Shown: positions 51,836 to 62,565, counted from the stretch's first letter. The stretch: DNA of 64,000 nt from Chloroflexota bacterium (GCA_028872875.1 JAGWOC010000009.1:1806-65805), one strand, 5' to 3'. Program-made: numbers and translations. The notes: a model not told the origin generated them from the letters alone.

Positions 51836-52096
51836 ATGGCCAATCGTTCACGTCGTCAGCAGACCAGTGGCGGCACTCGCAACAAGAAGGACGCCATCGA
51901 AGTCGAGGGCGTCGTGCGGGAACCGCTGCCCAATGCCATGTTCAAGGTTGAGCTGCCGAACGGGCACCAGGTGCTGGCGCATATCTCGGGCAAGATCAGG
52001 CTGCACTTCATCAAGGTGCTGCCGGGTGACCGGGTGCTGGTGGAGCTGTCGCCCTACGACCTGACGCGTGGGCGCATTACGTATCGGTTCAGGTAG
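51836..52096 (+). CDS. infA: Translation initiation factor IF-1
   Basis: [30 protein letters not shown]. Confidence 0.97.
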   Translation: MANRSRRQQTSGGTRNKKDAIEVEGVVREPLPNAMFKVELPNGHQVLAHISGKIRLHFIKVLPGDRVLVELSPYDLTRGRITYRFR

Positions 52097-52106
52097 GGGG
52101 ACGGCG

Positions 52107-52220
52107 ATGAGAGTGCGGGCGTCGATCAAGAAGCGCTGCGAGAAATGCAAGATCATCAAGCGGCACGGGGTGCTGCGGGTGATCTGCGAGATCCCGAAGC
52201 ACAAGCAACGGCAGGGGTAA
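52107..52220 (+). CDS. rpmJ: 50S ribosomal protein L36 (not in ORF track)
   Basis: [37 protein letters not shown]. Confidence 0.97.
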   Translation: MRVRASIKKRCEKCKIIKRHGVLRVICEIPKHKQRQG

Positions 52221-52226
52221 GGGAAG

Positions 52227-52610
52227 ATGGCACGAATCGCCGGCGTAGATATCCCGCGCGAGAAGCGTGTTGACGTGTCGCTGCGCTACATCTTCGGCAT
52301 CGGCTCGACGGCCGCATCGAAGATCGTCACGCAGACGCAGGTCAACCCCGCGACCAAGGTGCGCGACCTCACGGATGAGGAGGTGAACCGCATCCGCGAG
52401 GTGATCGACAAAGAGTTCGTGGTCGAAGGCGACCTGCGGCGCGAGGTGCGCCAGAACATCCAGCGGCTGATCGAGATCAATTGCTATCGCGGCGTCCGCC
52501 ACCGCCGCGGCTTGCCGGTACGCGGGCAGCGCACCAAGACCAACGCCCGCACGAAGCGCGGCGCCCGGCGCACCGTGGCCGGCAGGCGTAAGGCAGCAGC
52601 CAAGAAGTAG
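52227..52610 (+). CDS. rpsM: 30S ribosomal protein S13
   Basis: [32 protein letters not shown]. Confidence 0.98.
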   Translation: MARIAGVDIPREKRVDVSLRYIFGIGSTAASKIVTQTQVNPATKVRDLTDEEVNRIREVIDKEFVVEGDLRREVRQNIQRLIEINCYRGVRHRRGLPVRGQRTKTNARTKRGARRTVAGRRKAAAKK

Positions 52611-52672
52611 GCGGGCGGGGTTTCCGCCGGGGACCGCACGCGGGCCTGGATCGCGGCGGACAGAGGAGACGC

Positions 52673-53074
52673 ATGGCCGAGCGAAAGGCACCGAGCAAGG
52701 GCAAGGGGCGCAAGCGCGAGCGGAAGTCCGTGCCGCGCGGGCGTGCGTACGTGCAGTCGACGTTTAACAACACGCTGATCACGCTCACCGACCCAAACGG
52801 GAACGTGCTCTCGTGGGCGAGCGCCGGCCAGTCGGGGTTCAAGGGATCGCGCAAGAGCACGCCCTACGCCGCGCAGATCGCCGCCGAGGGCGCGGCGCGG
52901 CGGGCGATGGAGCATGGCCTGCGCCAGGTCGAGGTGTTCGTCAAGGGGCCGGGCAGCGGCCGCGAAGCGGCCATCCGGGCGCTGCAGGCCAGCGGGCTCG
53001 TCGTGCTCAGCATCAAGGACTCGACGCCGGTGCCGCACAACGGCTGCCGCCCGCCGAAGCGCCGCCGCGTCTAG
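52673..53074 (+). CDS. rpsK: 30S ribosomal protein S11
   Basis: [30 protein letters not shown]. Confidence 0.98.
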   Translation: MAERKAPSKGKGRKRERKSVPRGRAYVQSTFNNTLITLTDPNGNVLSWASAGQSGFKGSRKSTPYAAQIAAEGAARRAMEHGLRQVEVFVKGPGSGREAAIRALQASGLVVLSIKDSTPVPHNGCRPPKRRRV

Positions 53075-53092
53075 GCGGTTGGAGGAGACCAG

Positions 53093-53719
53093 ATGGCTCG
53101 ATACACAGGACCGGTCTGCCGCGTCTGCCGCCGCTACGGCGAGAAGCTGATGCTCAAGGGCGACAAGTGCGTGAGCAAGTGCACGCTCGACAAGCGGCCC
53201 TCGCCTCCGGGCGAGCAGAAATCAGGCCGGCGCCGCAAGCTGTCGGACCGCGCGCTGCAGCTCCGGGAGAAGCAGAAGGCACGCTACTCGTACGGCGTGC
53301 TCGAGAAGCAGTTCGTCGCCTACTACGAGGACGCCGTCCGGCTGCCGGGCGTCACCGGCCAGAACCTCGTGCGTCTGCTGGAGCTCCGGCTCGACAACGT
53401 CGTCCACAGGATGGGCTTCGCCGACTCACTCAAGCAGGCGCGCCAGATCGTGCGGCACGGTCACATCATGCTCAACGGACGCAAGACCGACATCCCGTCC
53501 GCCGCGACGAAGGCCGGCGATGTCATCGGCTGGACCGCGACGAGCAAGAAGAGCGAGTACTTCAAATTCGCGAAGGAGAACATGTCCAGCAAGAGCACCC
53601 CTGGTTGGCTGAACGTCGACCCTGAGCAGATGACGGGGCGCGTCGTATCGCCGCCGGCACCCGGTGAGACGCCGGCAAGCTTCGACCCGTCCGTCATCGT
53701 CGAGTACTACTCGCGATGA
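53093..53719 (+). CDS. rpsD: 30S ribosomal protein S4 (Cys/Zn type)
   Basis: MARYTGPVCRVCRR, QLREKQK, LELRLDNVV, VEYYSR. Confidence 0.98.
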   Translation: MARYTGPVCRVCRRYGEKLMLKGDKCVSKCTLDKRPSPPGEQKSGRRRKLSDRALQLREKQKARYSYGVLEKQFVAYYEDAVRLPGVTGQNLVRLLELRLDNVVHRMGFADSLKQARQIVRHGHIMLNGRKTDIPSAATKAGDVIGWTATSKKSEYFKFAKENMSSKSTPGWLNVDPEQMTGRVVSPPAPGETPASFDPSVIVEYYSR

Positions 53720-53793
53720 TGACGGTGCCCAGCATCACGGGCGTGCTGGCTGTGCTGCCCGGCGCAGCGCCGTTCGCCGAGGGAGGAGTGACA

Positions 53794-54897
53794 TTGAACG
53801 ACCTTGAGCCAGCAACGATCGACGTCGAAGAGGAGACGGACACCTACGCGCGTCTCGTGGCGGAGCCGCTGAGCGCGGGCTTCGGCACGACGCTCGGCAA
53901 CGCGCTGCGGCGCGTGCTCCTCAGCTCTCTGCGGGGCGCCGCCGTGACGTCGGTCCGCATTGAAGAAGTTGAGCACGAGTTCTCCACCGTGCCGCACATG
54001 AAGGAAGACACAACAGAGTTCCTCCTCAACCTCAAGGAACTTCGCCTGCGCGCGTTTTCCGACCGGCCCGGCAAGCTCTACCTGGAGGCGCAGGGCCAGG
54101 GCCCGGTGACCGCCGCAGCCATCCAGACGACCGCGGACTACGAGATCGTCAACCCGGACCTGCACCTGGCGACGCTCGACTCACCGGACGCCCGCCTCAC
54201 CGTCGAGCTGAACGTCGAGCCCGGCGAGGGGTACGCGCCCGCTGGACAGGGCGATGGCCTGCCGATTGGCGTCATCCCCGTCGACGCCATCTTCTCGCCG
54301 GTGCGCCGCGTCAACTTCCACGTGACGCACACGCGCGTCGGCCAGATGACGAACTATGACAAGCTGACGCTCGAGGTCTGGACGGACGGCACGATGTCCG
54401 GCGTCGATGCGGTCAGCCGGAGCGCGGATATCCTGGTCGACGAGCTGCGCATGTTCGCGCGCCTCGGCAAGCCGCTGCCGCCCGTCGTCGAGCGCGGCCT
54501 GGGCATCGGCACGGCGCTGCCGGCGGACAAGTACAACACCCCGATCGAGGACCTGAACCTCTCCGTCCGCGCCTACAACTGCCTCAAGCGCAGCGGGCTG
54601 ATGACAGTGGGCCAGGTGCTCGAGAAGAGCGAAGACGAGCTCCTCTCGCTGCGGAACTTCGGCCGCAAGTCGTACGACGAGCTGCGTGACAAGCTGATCG
54701 AGCTCAATCTCCTCGCGCCTTCGGCAGACGACCGCGATGAGGGCATCGGTGGCGTCCCGATCGGGCGTAGCGGGCCGCCGCCCCCTGCGGACAGCGACAG
54801 CGAGGACCTGAGCCCGCTTGGCGCCGCTCTCATCGAGGCGCTGCGGGAGGCCGGAGAGGATCCCTCGGAGCTGGTGAAGCGCAAGGGGGACGACTAG
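53794..54897 (+). CDS. rpoA: RNA polymerase alpha subunit
   Basis: [47 protein letters not shown]; TTG start after GGAGGAG. Confidence 0.97.
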   Translation: MNDLEPATIDVEEETDTYARLVAEPLSAGFGTTLGNALRRVLLSSLRGAAVTSVRIEEVEHEFSTVPHMKEDTTEFLLNLKELRLRAFSDRPGKLYLEAQGQGPVTAAAIQTTADYEIVNPDLHLATLDSPDARLTVELNVEPGEGYAPAGQGDGLPIGVIPVDAIFSPVRRVNFHVTHTRVGQMTNYDKLTLEVWTDGTMSGVDAVSRSADILVDELRMFARLGKPLPPVVERGLGIGTALPADKYNTPIEDLNLSVRAYNCLKRSGLMTVGQVLEKSEDELLSLRNFGRKSYDELRDKLIELNLLAPSADDRDEGIGGVPIGRSGPPPPADSDSEDLSPLGAALIEALREAGEDPSELVKRKGDD

Positions 54898-54899
54898 CG

Positions 54900-55262
54900 A
54901 TGCGGCACAAGATCAGCGGCCGCAAGTTCGACCGCCCGTCCGACCAGCGGCGCGCGCTCTTCCGTATGCTCGTCGCCGACCTGCTGCGCTACGAGCGGCT
55001 GAAGACGACCGAAGCGAAGGCAAAGGAGGTGCGGCCCCTTGCCGAGAAAATGGTGACGCTCGGCAAGGACGGCACCGTGCACGCGCGCCGGCAGGCGATG
55101 GCCTACATCAACGACAAGGATGTGGTGAAGAAGCTGTTCGACGACATCGCACCGCGCTTCTCGACGCGACCAGGCGGGTACACGCGCATCATCAAGCTCG
55201 GCACGCGCGTTGGCGATGGCGCGGCGATGGCGCAGCTCGAGCTGGTGGAGCGCGGCGCCTGA
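54900..55262 (+). CDS. rplQ: 50S ribosomal protein L17
   Basis: [21 protein letters not shown]. Confidence 0.98.
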   Translation: MRHKISGRKFDRPSDQRRALFRMLVADLLRYERLKTTEAKAKEVRPLAEKMVTLGKDGTVHARRQAMAYINDKDVVKKLFDDIAPRFSTRPGGYTRIIKLGTRVGDGAAMAQLELVERGA

Positions 55263-55266
55263 CGGC

Positions 55267-56055
55267 GTGGCCGGCGCAGCCGCCGCGGAGGCCCGGCGCA
55301 TCGCCGTGCTGCTGGAGTACGACGGGACCGCCTACCGCGGCTCGCAGTACCAGGAGGGCGGCCGCACGATCCAGTCCGAGCTGGAGGCGGCGTTGAACAA
55401 TCTGACCGGCGAAACCGTGCGCGTCGCGTTTGCGGGCCGCACGGACGCCGGTGTGCATGCCCTGGGGCAGGTTGCCGCGTTCGGCACGCGCGCCCGGCTC
55501 GGCGCCGCGGAGTTCGTCGGCGGGCTGAACCACTTCCTACCGCGGGACCTCGCGGTGCGGGCGGCCGCGGAAGCCGACGCGCGCTTCGACCCGCGGCGCG
55601 ATGCCCGCGGCCGTCTGTATCGGTACTGGATCGATACACGGCCGGTGCGCTCGCCGCTCTGGCGCGATCGCGCGTGGCACGTGCCGCGCAGGCTCGACGT
55701 CGAGGCGATGCGGCGGGCCGGGAAGCGGCTGGAGGGCGCCCACGACTTCGCGGCGTTCGCGGCGCCGTACGATGGTACGACCACCCGTACGCTCCGGCGA
55801 TGCGAGGTGGTGGGCGAGGGGCGCTGCGTGCGGGTGGAGATGGAGGCGCAGGCGTTTCTGCCGCACCAGGTGCGGAGGACCGTCGGGCCGCTGGTCGAGG
55901 TGGGCAGCGGGCGGATGGGCGAAGACGCGCTCGTCAGGCTGGTCGAAGAGGCACAGCCGTCGAGCGCAGGTCCGGCGGCACCGGCTTGCGGGTTGTACCT
56001 GGTGTCGATAGCGTATGATGGCCTCGCGTTCGGGGCCGGAGAAGGGGACGGATGA
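55267..56055 (+). CDS. truA: tRNA pseudouridine(38-40) synthase
   Basis: [40 protein letters not shown]. Confidence 0.95.
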   Translation: MAGAAAAEARRIAVLLEYDGTAYRGSQYQEGGRTIQSELEAALNNLTGETVRVAFAGRTDAGVHALGQVAAFGTRARLGAAEFVGGLNHFLPRDLAVRAAAEADARFDPRRDARGRLYRYWIDTRPVRSPLWRDRAWHVPRRLDVEAMRRAGKRLEGAHDFAAFAAPYDGTTTRTLRRCEVVGEGRCVRVEMEAQAFLPHQVRRTVGPLVEVGSGRMGEDALVRLVEEAQPSSAGPAAPACGLYLVSIAYDGLAFGAGEGDG

Positions 56056-56510
56056 GCACCTACACGTTGAGGCCGCGCGACATCGAAGAGACATGGCACG
56101 TGGTCGACGCCGAAGGACAGTCGCTCGGGCGGCTCGCGTCGGACATCGCGGCGACGCTGCGCGGCAAGAAGCGGCCGACGTTCACGCCGTCCCTGCCCAA
56201 CGGAGACTTCGTGGTCGTCGTCAACGCCGCGAAGGTGAAGGTGACGGGCGATACGTCGGAGAAGAAGTACTGGCGGCACACCATGTACCCCGGCGGCCTG
56301 CGCTCGATCAGCCAGGAGAAGCTGCTGGCGACGCGCCCGGAGCGCGTCATCGAGTACGCGGTGAAAGGGATGCTGCCGCACGGCGCGCACGGCGCCCGTC
56401 TGCTGCGGCGGCTGAAGGTGTACGCCGGTCCGGAGCACCCGCACGCGTCGCAGGTCAACGCCGGGAAGGGGAAGCATCGCGGCGAGACGCCGGCCCGCCC
56501 GCCCGTGTAA
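56052..56510 (+). CDS. rplM: 50S ribosomal protein L13
   Basis: [38 protein letters not shown]. Confidence 0.97.
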   Translation: MSTYTLRPRDIEETWHVVDAEGQSLGRLASDIAATLRGKKRPTFTPSLPNGDFVVVVNAAKVKVTGDTSEKKYWRHTMYPGGLRSISQEKLLATRPERVIEYAVKGMLPHGAHGARLLRRLKVYAGPEHPHASQVNAGKGKHRGETPARPPV

Positions 56511-56552
56511 CACGTCAGGACGGAGCGTGATGGCCCGTCGAGGAGGAGAACG

Positions 56553-56951
56553 ATGGCAACGAGCGAGCGCTACTTCTACGGCACGGGCCGCCGCAAGACG
56601 GCCGTCGCCCGGGTGCGCCTGTACCCGGGCAGCGGCGAGATCCTGGTCAACGGCAAGGGCTACCTCGACGTGTTCACGCGCGGCTCCCACCAGAACGCCG
56701 TGCTGGCGCCGCTGAAGGCAGTCGGCGGCGCCGAGCGCTGGAACGTCCAGGCGCGGGTCGAGGGCGGCGGCATCACCGGTTGGGCGGGCGCCGTTTCGCA
56801 CGGCATCGCCCGTGCCCTCGCGGTGTCGGACGAGGCCCTGAAGCCGGCGCTGCGGCGTCAGAGCCTGCTCACGCGCGACGCCCGCATGAAGGAGCGCAAG
56901 AAGGTCGGCCTGAAGCGCGCCCGCAAGGCGCCGCAGTACACCAAGCGCTAG
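56553..56951 (+). CDS. rpsI: 30S ribosomal protein S9
   Basis: GTGRRKTAVARV, LTRDARMKERKK, PQYTKR. Confidence 0.98.
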   Translation: MATSERYFYGTGRRKTAVARVRLYPGSGEILVNGKGYLDVFTRGSHQNAVLAPLKAVGGAERWNVQARVEGGGITGWAGAVSHGIARALAVSDEALKPALRRQSLLTRDARMKERKKVGLKRARKAPQYTKR

Positions 56952-57012
56952 CAGTTCGTCGTGGTGCGGCGCCGCTACCCCGCGCAGATGAACCATCACC
57001 CACACAGTCGGA

Positions 57013-57033
57013 GCGCGGGCTGAAGGCCCGCGC
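57013..57033. terminator. GC-rich hairpin between convergent rpsI and rpsT
   Basis: GCGCGGGC-tgaag-GCCCGCGC. Confidence 0.45.
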
Positions 57034-57196
57034 GAGCTTGCCCGCCGATCGCTGATTGAGAAACCGAGGCGGGGTATCGGTTATCACCGCTCCGCCCGCG
57101 CCATCTCGCGAGCAATCGCGGCGTCGAGCACGAGCGCTGTGCGCACGCCCGCCGTGAGCGGGCGCCGGACGGACGGCCGTCGCGCGGGGCGGTCTG

Positions 57197-57643
57197 CTAA
57201 GCCTTCGGCTTCGTCGCGCGCGGCTTGGCCGCGGCTTTCGGTCTGGCGTCGGCCTTGGCCTTCGCCTCGGCCTTCGGTTTCGCCTCGGCCTTCGGCCTGG
57301 CCGCGGCGCGCGGCTTCGCGGCGGCCGGCTTCGCCGTGCTGGCCTTGCGAACGCGCTTTGCCGGCGCCACCGTGCCCGCCGCGCTGTCCGCGCGGTGCAG
57401 TTGCCGCGCGAGGCGCGACTTGTGGCGCGCCACGGCGTTCTTGTGGACGACGTTGCCCTTCGCCGCCCGGTCCAGGATGCTCGCCGCCGTCCGGACTGCC
57501 TCCGCGGCGTCAGGCGCGCCGGCGACGACGGCCGCGTGCGCCTTCTTCACGGCGGTGCGCGCTGCCGTACGGACGCCCTTGTTGCGGCTGCGGTGCGCCT
57601 CGTTCTGGCGCCAGCGCTTCAGCGCCGATTTCGAGTGTGCCAA
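57197..57643 (-). CDS. rpsT: 30S ribosomal protein S20 with Ala/Lys/Pro-rich C-terminal tail
   Basis: MAHSKSALKR.RQ, LDRAAKGNVVHKNAVARHKSRL; TTG start after GGAGG. Confidence 0.95.
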   Translation of the reverse strand: MAHSKSALKRWRQNEAHRSRNKGVRTAARTAVKKAHAAVVAGAPDAAEAVRTAASILDRAAKGNVVHKNAVARHKSRLARQLHRADSAAGTVAPAKRVRKASTAKPAAAKPRAAARPKAEAKPKAEAKAKADARPKAAAKPRATKPKA

Positions 57644-57819
57644 GCGATCATCCTCCGGCTGTTGTGAACCAAACAAATCATGCTAACGGCACGGCCCGCA
57701 TGTGTCCAGCACGACCCGGCCGGTTTGTCGGGCTCGGGCGGCCGTAGTATGATGCGGCGACGCGCCGGGCCCCGCGCCCGGCCAGACGGCCCGTCCGGGA
57801 CGCACGCCTCGCGCGAGAG

Positions 57820-59475
57820 ATGCCCATGATGCGAAGCCTCCGCGACCGCTTCTTCCCCGAGGAGGAAGAAGCCGCCGGGCGGGCGCCTGCCGTGGCGCCG
57901 CCCAGCCTCGCGGTGGCCGCCTCCATCGTCGCGATGGGGTACCTCGGGAGCCGCCTGCTCGGCCTGCTGCGCACCGTCGCCATCGCCCACCAGTTCGGCA
58001 CCAGCCCGAACCTCGACGCGTACTTCGTCGCCTTCCGCATCCCGGATCTGGTGTTCCAGTTGCTCGCGGGGGCCACGCTCGGCAGCGCCTTCATCCCGAC
58101 CTTCGCGCGCGTCGTCGCGGGCCGCGGCGACCGCGAGGCCTGGAGGCTGGCATCGTCGGTGCTGAACCTCGTGCTGCTGGCGACGCTGGTGGTCGCGCTG
58201 CTCGGGCTGCTGCTGGCGCCGCTGCTCGTGCCGCTCACGGCTCCGGGCCTCGGCGATGAGACGGGGCAGCACGCGCAGCTCACGTCGCTCGCCGTGGACC
58301 TGACGCGCATCATGCTGCTGTCGCCCGTGCTGTTCGCGATCAGCGGCATGTTCATGGGGATCCTGAACGCCCGCCACCACTTTTTGGCGCCGGCGCTCGC
58401 CCCGATGTTCTACAACGCCGCGATCATCGTCGCCGCGCTCGTGTCGCACGATGTGCGGGCGCTCGCCTTCGCGGTGGTGATCGGCGCCTTCCTGCATCTG
58501 CTCGTGCAGGTGCCGGCGCTGCGTCTCGTCGGCATGCGCTGGGAGCCGATTGGCGAGTGGCGCGACAAGGCCGTGCGTGAAGTGGGGCGGCTGATGGCGC
58601 CTCGTGTCCTCGGGCTGGCGGCGTTCCAGTTCAACTTCCTGATCGCGACGTTCTTTGCCTCCCTCGTCAGCACCGGCGCGATCTCCGCCGTCAACTACGC
58701 CTGGCTGATCGTCATGACGCCGCTCGGCCTGTTTGGCATGGCGATCTCGACCGCGGTCTTCCCGCGCCTCGCGGAGCAGGCGGCACGCGAGGAGGGCGAT
58801 CTGCGCGAGATGGTGACGAAGTCGCTGCGGCTGATCCTCTATCTGACGATCCCGGCGAGCGTCGGCATCATGATCCTGGCGAAGCCGCTCGTCGCGTTCC
58901 TCCTGCGTAGCGGTGCCTTCGGGGGGTCGTCGACGGATCTCGTCGTCTCGGCGCTCGTCTTCTACGCAGTCGCGCTCTTCGCGCACAGCGGCATCGAGAT
59001 CCTGAGCCGCGGGTTCTACGCCGTCAGCGACACGCGCACGCCCGTCACCTTTGCCGTGATGTCGATGATCATCAACCTAGTGCTTTCGCTCATCCTGGTC
59101 TGGCCGTTCGGGGTCGGCGGGCTGGCGGTCTCCCTCTCGATCGCGACGATCATCGAATTCACCATGCTCGTGCGCACGCTGGACCGGCGCCTGGGCGGAC
59201 TCGACACGCAGCGCACCGTGACGTCGGTGGCGACGATGATCCTCGCCACGGTGCTGATGGCGGAAGCGATCGCGTTGTGGCTGGCGCTGCTGCGGCTCGC
59301 GGGGCTGCTCCAGCTCGACCGCAAGCCCGAGGCAGCGCTGGCCGTGCTGGGGGGCGTCGCAGGGGGCGCCGCAGTCTACTTCTACACGACGCGCCTGCTT
59401 GGCAGCGCCGAAGCCCGGACGGTGATGGAGCGTCTGCCCATGCCCCCGCGGATGCGCGCATTCGTTGGAAGATAG
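57820..59475 (+). CDS. murJ: Lipid II flippase MurJ (MviN)
   Basis: SRLLGLLR, DAYFVAFRIPD, SAFIPTF, STAVFP, RGFYA..DTRTP; divergent from rpsT. Confidence 0.92.
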   Translation: MPMMRSLRDRFFPEEEEAAGRAPAVAPPSLAVAASIVAMGYLGSRLLGLLRTVAIAHQFGTSPNLDAYFVAFRIPDLVFQLLAGATLGSAFIPTFARVVAGRGDREAWRLASSVLNLVLLATLVVALLGLLLAPLLVPLTAPGLGDETGQHAQLTSLAVDLTRIMLLSPVLFAISGMFMGILNARHHFLAPALAPMFYNAAIIVAALVSHDVRALAFAVVIGAFLHLLVQVPALRLVGMRWEPIGEWRDKAVREVGRLMAPRVLGLAAFQFNFLIATFFASLVSTGAISAVNYAWLIVMTPLGLFGMAISTAVFPRLAEQAAREEGDLREMVTKSLRLILYLTIPASVGIMILAKPLVAFLLRSGAFGGSSTDLVVSALVFYAVALFAHSGIEILSRGFYAVSDTRTPVTFAVMSMIINLVLSLILVWPFGVGGLAVSLSIATIIEFTMLVRTLDRRLGGLDTQRTVTSVATMILATVLMAEAIALWLALLRLAGLLQLDRKPEAALAVLGGVAGGAAVYFYTTRLLGSAEARTVMERLPMPPRMRAFVGR

Positions 59476-59600
59476 GTGACTTCCCGAGCTTGTGGGGGCT
59501 CCGCCTGCGCCGATATACTGGGCGTGACGGTTCCGGGCCTGGCATGCTCAACAGTGCGGCCTCACGGGCCGCACATTTATGTCCCGAAGGGGAGGTATCG

Positions 59601-59966
59601 TTGAGTTTCGCAGACAAGACGCTGGTATGCCGCGACTGCAAGCAGAACTTCACGTTCACCGCGGGTGAGCAGGAGTTCTACGCCAACAAGGGGCTGCAGA
59701 ACGAGCCGGTCCGCTGCCCGTCCTGCCGTTCGGCGCGCAAATCGACGCGCACGAACGAGCCCGACGAGGGGTACGTGCGCTACGGCGTCTTCGCCAGTTT
59801 CGGCGGTCGGACGCCGCGCCAGATGCACCCGGCCACCTGCGCCGAATGCGGCATGATGACCGAAGTGCCGTTCCAGCCGCGCGGTGACCGGCCCGTCTAC
59901 TGCAGCGCGTGCTACACGAAGGTGCGTGGCAGCGAGGGTGCGAGCAACGCCGAGCGCGCAAGCTGA
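59601..59966 (+). CDS. Zinc-ribbon protein (zf-trcl plus CxxC-x17-CxxC)
   Basis: MSFADKTLVCRDC..FTFTAGEQEFY..KG..NEP.RCPSCR; CAECG..TEVPFQPRGDRPVYCSACY; TTG start after GGAGG. Confidence 0.92.
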   Translation: MSFADKTLVCRDCKQNFTFTAGEQEFYANKGLQNEPVRCPSCRSARKSTRTNEPDEGYVRYGVFASFGGRTPRQMHPATCAECGMMTEVPFQPRGDRPVYCSACYTKVRGSEGASNAERAS

Positions 59967-60023
59967 CCGCACCACCTGGCCCAGCACCGACCACGGCGGC
60001 CTCGGGCGATCGAGGCCGCCGTC

Positions 60024-61265
60024 CTATGTCGGGCGGGGGCGCGTCGTCGCCCGCAGCGCCAGATAGCCCGCCGCGCTCATCAGCAGGGAGCCGCCCAGGA
60101 TGCCGAGCTTGGCTTCGTCCACCAGACGCGGGTCGCTGAACGCGAGCGTGCTGATGAAGAGCGAGACCGTGAAGCCGATGCCCGCGACGAGCGCCACCGC
60201 CGCGAGCTGCCGCCAGCGCACACCGGCGGGCAGGGCCGCCAGGCCGAGGCGCGTCGTCAGCCAGGCGCCGCACAGCACGCCCGCGGGTTTGCCGATGACC
60301 AGCCCGGCGGCGACGCCGACGGCGACGGGCGAGTGCGCCGCATTGCGCAGCGCGCCGCCGTCGATCGCGATGCCGGCATTCGCGAGCGCGAAGACGGGGA
60401 TGACGGCGTAGCTCGTCCACGGGTGCAGCACGTGCTCGGCGCGTTCGAGCAGCGGCCGGCCGTCGGGCGACGGGCGGCCGCGCGCAGCGTCCGCCGTGTC
60501 GCCTACGGCAAGGGGCGAGACGGGCGTGAGGAGCCCGAGCGCGACGCCGGCGATCGTCGCATGCACCCCCGACTCGAACACCGCCAGCCAGGCGATGACA
60601 CCGGCGATGAGGTACAGCGTCACGGGCCGCACACCGGCGCGGCCCATCGCGACGACCACCGCGAACAGCACCCCGGCTCCGGCCAGCCAGCCGAGGGCGA
60701 TGTCGTCGCTGTAGAAGGCGGCGATGACGACGATGGCGCCGATGTCGTCGACGATCGCCAGCGCGAGCAGAAAGACCTTGAGCGCGGCGGGCACGCGCGT
60801 GCCGGCAAGCACCACGACGCCGACGGCGAAGGCGATGTCCGTGGCCATCGGGATGCCCCAGCCGCGCGCTCCCGCGCCCCCGGCGTTCATCGCGACGTAG
60901 ATCGCGGCGGGCACGAGCATGCCGCCGAGCGCCGCCGCCACCGGCAGTGCCACACTCCTGCGGTCCGCCAGCTCGCCGTGGACGGTCTCGCGCTTGATCT
61001 CGAGCCCGACGACGTAGAAGAACAGCGCCATCAACGCATCGTTCACCCACGCGCGCAGCGACAGGTCGATGCTGAGAGGGTGGATGCCGACGCGGAGGTG
61101 CGTGCCCCAGACGCTGCCGTAGCTCGCACCGAACGGGGCGTTTGCCCAGGCGAGCGCGGCGGCCGCCGCGAGCAGGAGCAGCACGCCGCCTGCGGCCTCG
61201 GTCCGCAGGAACTCCTGCAGGGGCCGCGCGATCAGCCTCGGGACCGCCCGCGCGTGGTGTCGCAT
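60024..61265 (-). CDS. nhaA: Na+/H+ antiporter NhaA
   Basis: WVNDALMALFF..VGLEIKRE, GWGIPMATDIAF, LAIVDD, SGVHATIAG, GIGFTVSLFI. Confidence 0.95.
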   Translation of the reverse strand: MRHHARAVPRLIARPLQEFLRTEAAGGVLLLLAAAAALAWANAPFGASYGSVWGTHLRVGIHPLSIDLSLRAWVNDALMALFFYVVGLEIKRETVHGELADRRSVALPVAAALGGMLVPAAIYVAMNAGGAGARGWGIPMATDIAFAVGVVVLAGTRVPAALKVFLLALAIVDDIGAIVVIAAFYSDDIALGWLAGAGVLFAVVVAMGRAGVRPVTLYLIAGVIAWLAVFESGVHATIAGVALGLLTPVSPLAVGDTADAARGRPSPDGRPLLERAEHVLHPWTSYAVIPVFALANAGIAIDGGALRNAAHSPVAVGVAAGLVIGKPAGVLCGAWLTTRLGLAALPAGVRWRQLAAVALVAGIGFTVSLFISTLAFSDPRLVDEAKLGILGGSLLMSAAGYLALRATTRPRPT

Positions 61266-61364
61266 CGTCTTCTTCCTCTGATCATCGTCTACGGCATGAT
61301 GCCGGACGCCTCGCCGCGCCCGAAGCGCGACGATCGGCGGTGGGAGGCGGGCGCCTGACGGGGG

Positions 61365-62435
61365 CTAGAAGTGATACTTCTCGGAGAGGTTGTACGCGGC
61401 GCCGCCGTAGAGCACGCTCAGCGTGCCGTCGTCCTCGTGCCGGAAGTCGAAGCAGCCCGCGGTGCCGCGCGTGCCGAGCAGCGACGCGGCGAGCGCGAGC
61501 GACAGGTTCGAGTCAAGGAAGACCTCCGCCGACTCGACGTGCGGGTCGAACTTCTTCCAACTAATCCCTTCCGAGATCGTCGAGCCGGAGAGCCCGCCGG
61601 TCTCCGCCGGCTCGATACTGAAGCGCACGGCTTCCGCGTGGCCCTTGCTCTTGGCGGCGAACATGTACGAGCCGATCTGCGACTGCTGGATGTGATTGCG
61701 CGGAGCGCCACCCCCGAAGATCGCGGTGGCCGTGCGCAGCCCGAGCTCCTCGGCGAGGAGGACGATGGCTGACATCTCCAGCACGTCCTGCACGACGTCG
61801 AAGACGACGCGCTTGCCACGCGCCGCGCGCAAGAACCCGAGGTCCATGCCCAGCACGGAGTCGCCGATCGCCGGGCAGTACACCGGGATGCGATGCGCGG
61901 CGGCGGCGGTGAGGATCCCGGCCCGCGGTCCGATTTTCGAGAAGAACAGCCCCATCCGGTAGATGTACTCGCGCGTCGTCAGCGGTCGATCAGGCAGGGC
62001 CTCCGCGAACTCGAAGATCATCGGCTCCACGCGCCGGTAGTCGGCCTCATCGCCGAACGTGTCCCAGAAGCGGTTCACATCGGCGCGCGCCAGCGCCCGG
62101 TCGTCGGCGTCGACGCGGCCCTGGAAGTGGCTACTGCCGATCACCTCGAGCAGGTCGTGTGTCAGTTGCGCGCCGGTGATGTCGAGCACGTCGATCCGCC
62201 GCTGGTCCACGAGCGAAGCGATCGCCGGCCCGAAACCGAGCGGCACCGGCGCGCCGGCCACGGAACAGAAGATGACGCGGCCGCGGTCGATCATGCGGTC
62301 CCAGAGGGCCAGCGCCTCGGCGAGGCGGCGTGGCTGTCCGCCGGTACCCGCGAGGGCCTCGATGAACGAGCGGAGCGACGCGCCGGCGTCAGGCTCGAAG
62401 CGCGTGACGGGGTGGACGAGGAACTCGCTGCTCAT
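61365..62435 (-). CDS. Deoxyhypusine synthase-like protein (possible homospermidine synthase)
   Basis: TGAQLTHD, IPVYCPAIGDS, FGGGAPRN, GGLSGSTISEGISWKK. Confidence 0.85.
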   Translation of the reverse strand: MSSEFLVHPVTRFEPDAGASLRSFIEALAGTGGQPRRLAEALALWDRMIDRGRVIFCSVAGAPVPLGFGPAIASLVDQRRIDVLDITGAQLTHDLLEVIGSSHFQGRVDADDRALARADVNRFWDTFGDEADYRRVEPMIFEFAEALPDRPLTTREYIYRMGLFFSKIGPRAGILTAAAAHRIPVYCPAIGDSVLGMDLGFLRAARGKRVVFDVVQDVLEMSAIVLLAEELGLRTATAIFGGGAPRNHIQQSQIGSYMFAAKSKGHAEAVRFSIEPAETGGLSGSTISEGISWKKFDPHVESAEVFLDSNLSLALAASLLGTRGTAGCFDFRHEDDGTLSVLYGGAAYNLSEKYHF

Positions 62436-62565
62436 CGGCGGTCCTTTCGCGCTGCGACGGGGGACGCCTGATTATCAGGAAGCCGGGAGGTTCGGGCAAA
62501 CGGACGTCCGCGCGGGCGCACGGTGCGGCTCTCCGCCCGATGGCCGTGCGGGCGGCGCCGGGTCG

